NCBI GenBank assembly: GCA_016218215.1
Contig: JACREM010000047.1
Coordinates: 1 to 55,818 of the forward strand
Source of the DNA: Candidatus Gottesmanbacteria bacterium
GTDB lineage: Bacteria > Patescibacteriota > Microgenomatia > UBA10105 > UBA927
Reading direction: 5' to 3'
Length of the DNA: 55,818 bases
How positions within the stretch are numbered: position 1 is the first letter of the stretch; every line of letters begins with the position of its first letter. The notes under the pieces are model-generated. The model was given only the letters and a program-made list of their open reading frames with translations, did not search any database and was not told the origin of the DNA. The position numbers and the translations under genes are program-made. Of this stretch, positions 18,024-26,934 are shown piece by piece.

Positions 18024-19753
18024 AGTACGAAGTACTGAAAAAAGATAAAACAGATGAAGAAACATCAGGTCATGCTCTCCACGATTATGACAAGATGTAT
18101 GCATCGTTTTCGTGGAAAGCAAGCGAGAAAGAATTTGTCTCGGATGATGGGTGTCTTAATGCAGCGTATGTCGCTATAGATAGACACGTAGGAACTTGGA
18201 GAAGAAATAAGCTTGCACTTATTTTTGAAGATGAGGCTGGATTTATAGAAAAGTTCACGTTTGAGGACCTTTCTCTACTTTCAAATAAGGTCGGTAATAT
18301 CCTCAAGGATTTTGGAGCAGAGAGAGGCGACAGGGTGTTTTTGTTTTTGCCCCGGACACCGTATCTGTATATCTCGTTTCTTGCGATTTTAAAAATTGGC
18401 GGTGTTGCAGGTGCACTTTTTAGCGCATTTCAGGAACAAGCGCTTTTTGACAGACTAGAAGATAGCAGTACTTCAATAGTCATCACAACTTCACAGCTTC
18501 TTCCAAGACTTTCCGGTATTAGAAAGAAGCTCAAAAACTTAAAGCATATTATTACCGTTGATACAGATGATTTTAAAACGTCGGTTGCTAACGCATCTGC
18601 CGATCTTCGCATTGCGGGAACAAGGCCTGATGATCATGCGTTTATGCTTTATACTTCAGGGACGACGGGTAAACCAAAAGGTGTGGTTCATGTGCATAAA
18701 GCTATAGTGCATCAGGCGATGTCCGCACGATTGGTTTTGGATCTGAAGGAAGATGATACGTACTGGTGTACCGCAGATCCGGGATGGATAACGGGTATAT
18801 CCTACGAAATTTTAGGAAATTTAGCCTTAGGAATTACCACCCTTGTATTTAGCGGCAGATTTGATCCAAAACGGTGGTATACGCTTTTAGCAGCACACAA
18901 AGTTACTGTTTGGTATACCGCTCCGACGGCTATTCGAATGCTCATGGCACAAGGCGTTTCTCTTCCAAAATCTTTTGACCTTTCAAATCTTCGTCATCTT
19001 TGTTCCGTAGGTGAGCCGTTGAATCCCGAAGCTATCAGGTGGAGTATAAAAGCATTCGGCAGACCGTTTCATGACACCTGGTTTCAGACAGAAACCGGAG
19101 CTATTATGATTGCTAATTTTGCAACTCTTGATATCCGAGTGGGTTCTATGGGAAAACCCATGCCTGGCGTAGTCGCAGCTATAGTAGACGACTCGGGGCG
19201 CCAGGTTCCCAACGGAACCGAGGGCAATATAGCCCTAAGACCGGGATGGCCGGCCATGATGCAGGCCATCTGGAAGAGACTGGGTAAATATCACAGTTAT
19301 TTTATCAACGGCTGGTACATGTCAGGAGATCATGGGACAAAAGATGGCGACGGGTATTTTTGGTTTATAGGCCGAGCTGACGACGTCATAAAAACCTCAG
19401 GCGAAAGAGTCGGGCCGTTTGAAGTGGAGTCTGCTCTCGTAGAACACCCCGCCGTTGTCGAAGCAGGAGTCATTGGAAAGCCGGACGAACTTCGGGGAGA
19501 GATAATAAAAGCATTTGTGGTACTAGATAAAGATCAAAGATCAAAAATAAAAAATCAAAAAGATGGAGAGAGATTAAAAGAAGAACTCATGGAGTATGTG
19601 AAAAAACATCTGGCTGGACACGCATACCCGCGAGAGATTGAATTTATTGATTCACTGCCTAAAACCCGTTCCGGGAAAATTATGCGTAGGATTCTAAAGG
19701 CCAAGGAGCTAGGGCTTCCGGTCGGAGATACCTCTACCCTTGAAGAGTATTAA
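18020..19753 (+). CDS. acsA: Acetate--CoA ligase (AMP-forming)
   Basis: YTSGTTGKPKG, CTADPGWITG, SVGEPLN, DTWFQTETG, LPKTRSGKIMRR. Confidence 0.94.
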   Translation: MKYEVLKKDKTDEETSGHALHDYDKMYASFSWKASEKEFVSDDGCLNAAYVAIDRHVGTWRRNKLALIFEDEAGFIEKFTFEDLSLLSNKVGNILKDFGAERGDRVFLFLPRTPYLYISFLAILKIGGVAGALFSAFQEQALFDRLEDSSTSIVITTSQLLPRLSGIRKKLKNLKHIITVDTDDFKTSVANASADLRIAGTRPDDHAFMLYTSGTTGKPKGVVHVHKAIVHQAMSARLVLDLKEDDTYWCTADPGWITGISYEILGNLALGITTLVFSGRFDPKRWYTLLAAHKVTVWYTAPTAIRMLMAQGVSLPKSFDLSNLRHLCSVGEPLNPEAIRWSIKAFGRPFHDTWFQTETGAIMIANFATLDIRVGSMGKPMPGVVAAIVDDSGRQVPNGTEGNIALRPGWPAMMQAIWKRLGKYHSYFINGWYMSGDHGTKDGDGYFWFIGRADDVIKTSGERVGPFEVESALVEHPAVVEAGVIGKPDELRGEIIKAFVVLDKDQRSKIKNQKDGERLKEELMEYVKKHLAGHAYPREIEFIDSLPKTRSGKIMRRILKAKELGLPVGDTSTLEEY

Positions 19754-19766
19754 TATCTTACCACTG

Positions 19767-20480
19767 TTAAAGCGAGAACAAAAGGACAATTTCCCCTTTT
19801 GCGGGCGAAGCATTTGTAAGCGCGTCATGTATCGACCCAGTCCATACAGTTTCATGTATTTTCGTCAGTTCCCGGGCGATTACTATATGAAGCGTTGGAA
19901 AAATAATCTCTAAATCTTTCAGAGTTTCAATGAGATTATGAGGCGCGCAATAAAAAATTACTGTGGGCTTCAAAGTATTGATTGTAGATTGTAAAAGCAG
20001 AAGGTCAGTAAAGATTTTTATTCTTGATGCTTGTTTTTCAGGAGGGAAACCTAAAAACAATATGTGATTGGCAGGCAGTCCGCTTGAGACAACTGCCGAA
20101 AGCATTGCCGATGATCCCGGTATTGGTATCACCCTGATAGCTCTTTTTTTACATTCTGAAATAAGGAGGTATCCAGGATCCGAAAGCATCGGTGTACCGG
20201 CGTCGCTTATGAGGGAAACAGACTGTTCCTTTTGGAGTATTTCAATGATTTCGGGCACTCGATTCATCTCTGATCTATCATCAAACCGGATAAATGTTCT
20301 TTTTTCGTTTGCCTTGATATCAAGGTTTTTATTCTGTTTTGATAATTCCTGAAGTAGGAGGCCAGCCCTTCTTGTATCTTCGCATGCTATGACTCGGGAT
20401 GAAAGCAACACGTTAATGGCGCGGATGGTAATATCTTCAAGGTTTCCGATTGGTGTTGACACTACGTAGAGCGCTGCCAT
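19767..20480 (-). CDS. rsmI: 16S rRNA C1402 2'-O-methyltransferase
   Basis: LYVVSTPIGNLEDIT, CEDTR, SDAGTP..SDPG, ARELTKIHE; start at 20480. Confidence 0.94.
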   Translation of the reverse strand: MAALYVVSTPIGNLEDITIRAINVLLSSRVIACEDTRRAGLLLQELSKQNKNLDIKANEKRTFIRFDDRSEMNRVPEIIEILQKEQSVSLISDAGTPMLSDPGYLLISECKKRAIRVIPIPGSSAMLSAVVSSGLPANHILFLGFPPEKQASRIKIFTDLLLLQSTINTLKPTVIFYCAPHNLIETLKDLEIIFPTLHIVIARELTKIHETVWTGSIHDALTNASPAKGEIVLLFSL

Positions 20481-20496
20481 AGAATCATTATATCCT

Positions 20497-21141
20497 ATGG
20501 GTAGTTTACTCGCATTTTTGAAGCCAGAGTTACTCATTCAAACATTTGGATTATTCGGTGTATTTTTTGTTTTATTTGCCGAGTCGGGACTATTTTTCGG
20601 ATTTTTTCTTCCCGGCGACAGTCTTTTGTTTACGGCGGGAGTGCTGTCATCTCAGGGGTATCTTTCCTTTCCATTGTTAGTTATTGTTAGTTTTCTCGGA
20701 GCCGTCATTGGGGATAATGTCGGATACTGGTTTGGACATACAGTCGGAAAAAAATTGTTTGAAAAAGAAGAGAGCTTATTTTTTAAAAAACATCATTTAC
20801 TAGATGCGCAGGTATTTTATGAACAGCACGGTGCGAAAACGATTGTATTTGCGCGTTTCATGCCATTTGTCCGTACGTTCGCCCCAATTGTTGCTGGAGT
20901 GGCAAACATGAATTACGGTGTATTTATGAGATACAATTTATTTGGCGGGGCGCTTTGGGCAGTGGGGCTCACTGTACTTGGGTATTTTTTGGGCAATATA
21001 CCGATCATCAAGCATAATTACGAACTTGTCATCCTTGTCATAGTGTTTGGCTCTGTTTTGCCGCTTGCCATCCATTTTCTCATAGATCAGGACAAAAGAG
21101 GCAGGGTAATACGAAAAGTAAAGAGTATATTTGGACGATAA
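20497..21141 (+). CDS. dedA: DedA/VTT-domain membrane protein
   Basis: FAESGL..GFFLPGDSLLF, GDNVGY, ARFMPFVRTFAP. Confidence 0.93.
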   Translation: MGSLLAFLKPELLIQTFGLFGVFFVLFAESGLFFGFFLPGDSLLFTAGVLSSQGYLSFPLLVIVSFLGAVIGDNVGYWFGHTVGKKLFEKEESLFFKKHHLLDAQVFYEQHGAKTIVFARFMPFVRTFAPIVAGVANMNYGVFMRYNLFGGALWAVGLTVLGYFLGNIPIIKHNYELVILVIVFGSVLPLAIHFLIDQDKRGRVIRKVKSIFGR

Positions 21142-21142
21142 A

Positions 21143-21769
21143 CTATGCCTGGTATTTACGGATAAGGCCGACAACTTTCCCCTGAATTTTTACATGTGTG
21201 GCAAAAATCGGAGACATCTGGGTATTTGCGGGCATGAGCTTGATCCTATCTTTTTCAAAATAAATCCGCTTAAGCGTTGCGAGCCCGTTTGGCAGAAGTG
21301 CAACCACGATGTCTCCATTTTTAGCATCCTGCTGGTGTTGTATAACAACAAAATCACCGTCAAAAATTCCGTCATCAATCATAGATGTGCCTTTGACCTG
21401 CAGTACATACCCCGGTTTATTGCTTGAGATCATGCCCGGGGCTACTGACATGTAAAAATTTGGATCTGTGTACGGCTCGAGAGGCGCGCCCGCAGCGATA
21501 TACCCAAGTACTGGTAGTTCTATGACAGTTTGACCAGTCAGAGCCGATTTTACACTGTCTGAAAGGTCCAATCCACGTGCCGTTCCATCGAGTTTTTTTA
21601 TAAAGCCCCTCTGCCTGAGTTTGTCTATATGTTCGTGTACTGTGGCGGGAGAAGCCATGCCAAGGGCCTCGCCTATTTCTTTCAGAGTTGGTGCATACCC
21701 ATATCTTTGAATAAATTGAGATATAAATTCTAAAATTTGACGTTCTCTCGAATAGACTGTTGCTGGCAT
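21143..21769 (-). CDS. lexA: SOS repressor LexA
   Basis: Winged helix (GYAPTLKEIG), IAAG cleavage site, GTSM serine, ATLKR lysine. Confidence 0.96.
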   Translation of the reverse strand: MPATVYSRERQILEFISQFIQRYGYAPTLKEIGEALGMASPATVHEHIDKLRQRGFIKKLDGTARGLDLSDSVKSALTGQTVIELPVLGYIAAGAPLEPYTDPNFYMSVAPGMISSNKPGYVLQVKGTSMIDDGIFDGDFVVIQHQQDAKNGDIVVALLPNGLATLKRIYFEKDRIKLMPANTQMSPIFATHVKIQGKVVGLIRKYQA

Positions 21770-21827
21770 AGTAGTATAAAATGAATGAATTGTTCTTTTA
21801 TCTCTCGTTTCTTTCTGTTACTATTAG

Positions 21828-21857
21828 AGAATAATCCAAAATATACCCGAACGTCAA
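21828..21857 (-). promoter_or_regulatory. lexA promoter with putative LexA operator in the spacer
   Basis: Minus strand TTGACG-N18-TATTCT; spacer contains TTCGG-GTATAT-TTTGG (21851-21836). Confidence 0.75.
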
Positions 21858-21905
21858 GAGGTCTATTGTGGATCAGAGCATATCAAGTATTGTATTTACC
21901 CGAAT

Positions 21906-23948
21906 ATGAATGAGTATTTACTTACATCCAAGTTTCAGCCAACGGGCGATCAGCCAGAGGCTATATTAGCTTTGCATAAGGCAATAGAAGCAGGAAATCG
22001 TGAACAGGTGCTCCTTGGTGTGACAGGGAGCGGAAAGACGTTTACCGTGGCACATCTTATAGCAAAACTAAACCGACCGACGCTTATCATCTCTCATAAT
22101 AAAACACTTGCGGCCCAGCTGTATCAGGAGTTTCGTGATTTTTTTCCTAAAAATGCTGTATCGTATTTTGTCTCCTATTACGATTACTATCAACCGGAAG
22201 CATATATTCCTCAGTCAGGTACATTTATAGAAAAAGAAACCGAGATCAACGATGAAATAGACAAACTGCGCCTTGCGGCTACCACCAATATTCTGACCAG
22301 AAAAGACACCATCGTTGTCGCGTCTGTTTCGTCTATCTATAACATAGGTTCGCCGCGCGAGTACGGACATTTTGTCCTGGAATTAAAACCCGGAATTGTT
22401 ATTTCAAGGGAATCCATTATGCTTCGCCTTATACAACTTCAGTACACGAGAGAGTCAGGAAGTTTTACGCGTGGGACATTTCGTGTCCGCGGAGATGTGA
22501 TAGATATATTTCCGGCGTACGAAGACACCGCTATCCGTTTGTCACTGTCACTCACGTCTGTGCTCTCAATCACACGTATAGATCCGATTGACATAGAGAC
22601 AATAGATACACTGCAATCGATTGTCATATTTCCAGCAAAACATTACATGACTAATCCAGAAAATCATAAAGAGGTGTTTAAAAAAATTGACAAAGACCTG
22701 GAGATAGAAGTGAAGGCACTGCAGAATAAAGGAAAAATTGTAGAAGCCCAAAGACTTCGGCAACGAGTCGAGTATGACATCGAAATGATAGGAGAGATGG
22801 GATATGTAAACGGCATCGAAAATTATTCCCGATATTTTGATGGAAGAAGCCCCGGTGATCCACCGTTTTCACTGTTAGACTATTTTAAGGAGGCAGGCGA
22901 ACAGCGGAAGAGCGATTGGCTTCTCATCGTCGACGAATCACATATTACTATTCCACAGATACGCGGCATGTATAACGGGGACAGAAGCAGAAAACAAACC
23001 CTGGTAGATTTTGGCTTTAGGCTCAGAGCATGCCTTGACAATAGGCCGCTTAACTTTGGGGAATTTTTATATAGAATTCCAGATACGGTATATGTTTCAG
23101 CAACTCCGGATGAATGGGAGCTTTCCCGAGCAAAGGATGCGTCCACTGGCGGCAATGGTGTGGTAGAGCAACTTGTCAGGCCAACGGGACTGGTCGATCC
23201 GCTGGTGAGCATCCATCCGACAGAGGGGCAAATACCGTCCTTACTTCTTGAGATAGAAAAACGTGTGCAGAAAAAAGAGAGAGCCATCATTACTACCCTG
23301 ACAAAACGGATGGCTGAAGAACTATCTGAATATATACAAAACAAAGGAATAAAAGTGAATTATCTTCATAGCGACATAGAAACACTTGACAGAAATGAAA
23401 TATTAAGAGATTTTCGCCTCGGGTTGTATGACGTAATTATCGGTATAAATCTTTTGAGAGAAGGTCTGGATCTTCCGGAGGTATCGCTTATTGCCATCCT
23501 CGATGCTGATAAGGAGGGATTTTTACGAAGTAAAACAAGTCTCATACAGATCATGGGAAGAGCCGCGCGGCACGTGCATGGATCGGTTATTTTGTATGCA
23601 GATGGTGTCACTCAGTCTATGAAAGGGGCCATGGATGAAGTAAACAGACGGCGAAAGATTCAGGAGACATATAATACCGTTCACAATATTCAACCTAGAA
23701 GCATCATAAAACCAATTCGTGACCAACTCATCGATCGTAAAGATACGTCACGCGAGACAAATGCGCTGACAATACTTGAAAATATGCGACCTCACGACAT
23801 GGATGCAATGACGCCGGATGACAAAAAAAAGTTTATATCAAAGCTTGCTCGTGAAATGAAAAGTGCCAGCAAATTGCTTCTCTTTGAGCGTGCCATGGCC
23901 ATACGGGACGCAATAACTGCAATAGAAAAGGGAGAATGGAAAAATTAG
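21906..23948 (+). CDS. uvrB: Excinuclease ABC subunit B
   Basis: PTGDQP, GVTGSGKT, SYYDYYQPEAY, DESH, GINLLREGLD. Confidence 0.97.
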   Translation: MNEYLLTSKFQPTGDQPEAILALHKAIEAGNREQVLLGVTGSGKTFTVAHLIAKLNRPTLIISHNKTLAAQLYQEFRDFFPKNAVSYFVSYYDYYQPEAYIPQSGTFIEKETEINDEIDKLRLAATTNILTRKDTIVVASVSSIYNIGSPREYGHFVLELKPGIVISRESIMLRLIQLQYTRESGSFTRGTFRVRGDVIDIFPAYEDTAIRLSLSLTSVLSITRIDPIDIETIDTLQSIVIFPAKHYMTNPENHKEVFKKIDKDLEIEVKALQNKGKIVEAQRLRQRVEYDIEMIGEMGYVNGIENYSRYFDGRSPGDPPFSLLDYFKEAGEQRKSDWLLIVDESHITIPQIRGMYNGDRSRKQTLVDFGFRLRACLDNRPLNFGEFLYRIPDTVYVSATPDEWELSRAKDASTGGNGVVEQLVRPTGLVDPLVSIHPTEGQIPSLLLEIEKRVQKKERAIITTLTKRMAEELSEYIQNKGIKVNYLHSDIETLDRNEILRDFRLGLYDVIIGINLLREGLDLPEVSLIAILDADKEGFLRSKTSLIQIMGRAARHVHGSVILYADGVTQSMKGAMDEVNRRRKIQETYNTVHNIQPRSIIKPIRDQLIDRKDTSRETNALTILENMRPHDMDAMTPDDKKKFISKLAREMKSASKLLLFERAMAIRDAITAIEKGEWKN

Positions 23949-23949
23949 T

Positions 23950-26934
23950 ATGTACGACAGTATAAAAATAATTGGAGCAAAGCAGCATAATCTAAAGAAT
24001 GTTAATCTCACTCTGCCAAAGGGCAAACTTATTGTGTTTTCAGGTCTTTCGGGTTCCGGAAAGTCATCTCTTGCATTTGATACGATCTATGCTGAAGGAC
24101 AAAGACGGTACGTCGAGTCGCTCTCATCATACGCTCGTCAATTTTTGGGTGTGCTCGACAAGCCAGATGTAGATAGCATAGAAGGGTTGTCTCCTTCAAT
24201 CTCTATTGACCAAAAAACGACCTCTCATAATCCGCGGTCTACTGTTGGTACAGTGACGGAAATGTATGATTATCTTCGCCTCTTATTTGCGCGCATAGGG
24301 CATCCGCATTGCTCTCTTTGCGGACGCGAGATAGAGAGACAGACGAACCAACAGATTGTTTCACTGTGTATAGACCGCATGCTTGAACGATCCCACGAAT
24401 CTCCCATTGTTCGTATGCTTATTTTGTCTCCCGTTGTAAGGGATAGAAAAGGGGAATTTAGTGGGCTGTTTGCAAATGCAAAAGCGAAAGGGTATTCAGA
24501 CCTTCGTGTCGACGGCGTCATCATCGGACTTGACGAAGATATCGGGCTTATTAAAACAAACAAACACAGTATAGATATTGTCATTGATCGTATAATTGTG
24601 GATCGAGCGCTTGCACGCTCAATGAAACGCGGAAAGGATGAACGTGCGTCAGACAACGATAAAATGCTCTATAAAACATTTCGTAGCCGCGTAGCAGACT
24701 CCATAGAGCAGGCACTCAAGCTTTCAGATGGCCTTGTGACCGTGGCAGATGTCCAAGAATCAGGGTTTACGTTTCCCCAAAAACCCAAAGAAATGATTGA
24801 TTTGCTTTACTCAGAGCGTTTTGCCTGTCCGACGTGCGGCATTTCGCTTCCTGAGATTGAACCCAGGTCTTTTTCTTTTAACTCCCCGCACGGTGCGTGT
24901 GGGGACTGCACCGGCCTTGGAAAAATTCTCACCGTTGATCCTGATTCCGTTATGAATCCAATACTAACTCTTAGCGAGGGCGGCATCCTGCCTTTTGCGA
25001 GGACTTTTGAAAATGACACCTGGTACTCGCGCCTTGTTCGGACTGTCTGTGAAGAACACTCCATATCTATGAAGCAGGCCATAGGAACCCTCACACAAAA
25101 ACAGCGCGATATTCTTCTTCTTGGTACGGGAGAACGCATCTACAGCGTTTCCGGCACAAACAGGTTTGGCGAAAAAACAAGAATTGAAGAACAGTTTAAG
25201 GGGTTTATTTCAGAGTTAAAAGCCAGGCATGTATCCTCGGATTCTGAATGGGTAAAAAGTGAAATTGAAAAGTATATGCGGGAAGAAGTTTGCCCAACGT
25301 GCCATGGGGATAGGCTGAAAAGAGATGCGCTGACTGTAACGGTAGACGGTAAGAATATTGCGTTTGTCTCTAGCCTTTCCATCGGCGCTCTCCATGCATG
25401 GGTGAGTACTATAGGAACGATCATAAAAAATGATCAGGAAAAAATTATTGCTACATCGATCATAAAGGAGTTGAAGCTTCGGTCTAAATTTTTAGATGAA
25501 GTAGGGCTTGAGTATCTGAGCCTCTCGCGTGCAGCCATGACTCTTTCCGGTGGAGAAGCTCAGCGAATTCGCCTTGCTTCTCAGATTGGATCAGGACTGT
25601 CCGGAGTATTGTATGTCCTGGATGAACCGTCTATTGGTCTTCACCCACGGGATAACGCAAAACTTATTTCAACACTCAAAACTTTAAGAGATTTAGGAAA
25701 TACCGTCATAGTTGTCGAGCATGACCGCGAAATGATTATGGAAGCGGATTATCTTGTAGATTTCGGACCCGGAGCAGGAGAACACGGCGGAGCTATCATA
25801 GCAGAGGGAACTGTTGATGAAGTGATCAAAAATAAATACTCAATTACCGGAGCGTATCTTTCGGGTAAACGTAATCTCGACAGATTTTACAAACATCAAA
25901 AATTGCTTACGGATGAGACGAAATACCTCAAAATTTATGGCGCGAGTGAAAACAATTTAAAAAATCTGAACGTATCATTCCCCCTCGGACACTTTGTTAC
26001 AATCACTGGAGTATCCGGAAGCGGAAAATCAACGCTTATTGTAGAAACACTCTACAAAGCGCTTCAAAAAGAAAGAGGTATTCTATCCCGCGAAGCAGGG
26101 GCAGTGTACAAAAAACTAGAGGGAATTGAATTTTTAGATAAGGTCGTTCTTATCGATCAGTCTCCGATTGGAAGAACCCCGCGAAGCAACCCTGCCACGT
26201 ACACAGGTCTTTTTACACTTATACGCGATGTCTATTCCGAGATTCCGGAAGCAAAATTACGCGGATATAAGCCGGGAAGATTTTCATTTAATGTTTCCTC
26301 CAGAGGAGGAAAAGGCGGAAGATGTGAAGCGTGTGAAGGCGAAGGACAGCGAAAAATCGAGATGCAGTTTCTTTCGGATGTCTATGTAACATGTGAAGTC
26401 TGTCATGGACAGCGGTATAACATCGAGACTCTCGAAGTGCTCTATCGTGGCAAATCCATAGCTGGCGTTTTGGATATGACCATTGAAGATGCGTGTGATT
26501 TTTTTAGGCATCATCCTCTCATGAGAGAAAAATTAGAAACACTCGCATGTGTAGGGTTAGGGTATATGCATCTTGGTCAGAGCGCGACCACTCTTTCTGG
26601 AGGAGAGGCACAGAGAGTCAAGCTTGCCACGGAGCTCTCGCGTAGATCTACTGGGAAAACCATGTATATCCTCGACGAGCCTACAACCGGCCTTCATTTT
26701 GGAGATTTAGAAAAGCTTCTCGAAGTACTTTTTGCCCTGCGAGACAAGGGAAATAGTCTTATCGTGATTGAACACAATCTGGATGTTATTAAAAATAGCG
26801 ATTGGCTTATTGATCTCGGACCTGAGGGCGGGGACAATGGAGGTACTCTCGTCGCGGTTGGTACGCCAGATGACATAAAAAAGAACAAAAATTCCTACAC
26901 AGGCCAGTGTCTTAGTGAGAGTACAGAGATATGA
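23950..26934 (+). CDS. uvrA: Excinuclease ABC subunit A
   Basis: Two ABC modules (GLSGSGKSS, GVSGSGKST; LSGGEAQR twice) and zinc fingers. Confidence 0.97.
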   Translation: MYDSIKIIGAKQHNLKNVNLTLPKGKLIVFSGLSGSGKSSLAFDTIYAEGQRRYVESLSSYARQFLGVLDKPDVDSIEGLSPSISIDQKTTSHNPRSTVGTVTEMYDYLRLLFARIGHPHCSLCGREIERQTNQQIVSLCIDRMLERSHESPIVRMLILSPVVRDRKGEFSGLFANAKAKGYSDLRVDGVIIGLDEDIGLIKTNKHSIDIVIDRIIVDRALARSMKRGKDERASDNDKMLYKTFRSRVADSIEQALKLSDGLVTVADVQESGFTFPQKPKEMIDLLYSERFACPTCGISLPEIEPRSFSFNSPHGACGDCTGLGKILTVDPDSVMNPILTLSEGGILPFARTFENDTWYSRLVRTVCEEHSISMKQAIGTLTQKQRDILLLGTGERIYSVSGTNRFGEKTRIEEQFKGFISELKARHVSSDSEWVKSEIEKYMREEVCPTCHGDRLKRDALTVTVDGKNIAFVSSLSIGALHAWVSTIGTIIKNDQEKIIATSIIKELKLRSKFLDEVGLEYLSLSRAAMTLSGGEAQRIRLASQIGSGLSGVLYVLDEPSIGLHPRDNAKLISTLKTLRDLGNTVIVVEHDREMIMEADYLVDFGPGAGEHGGAIIAEGTVDEVIKNKYSITGAYLSGKRNLDRFYKHQKLLTDETKYLKIYGASENNLKNLNVSFPLGHFVTITGVSGSGKSTLIVETLYKALQKERGILSREAGAVYKKLEGIEFLDKVVLIDQSPIGRTPRSNPATYTGLFTLIRDVYSEIPEAKLRGYKPGRFSFNVSSRGGKGGRCEACEGEGQRKIEMQFLSDVYVTCEVCHGQRYNIETLEVLYRGKSIAGVLDMTIEDACDFFRHHPLMREKLETLACVGLGYMHLGQSATTLSGGEAQRVKLATELSRRSTGKTMYILDEPTTGLHFGDLEKLLEVLFALRDKGNSLIVIEHNLDVIKNSDWLIDLGPEGGDNGGTLVAVGTPDDIKKNKNSYTGQCLSESTEI

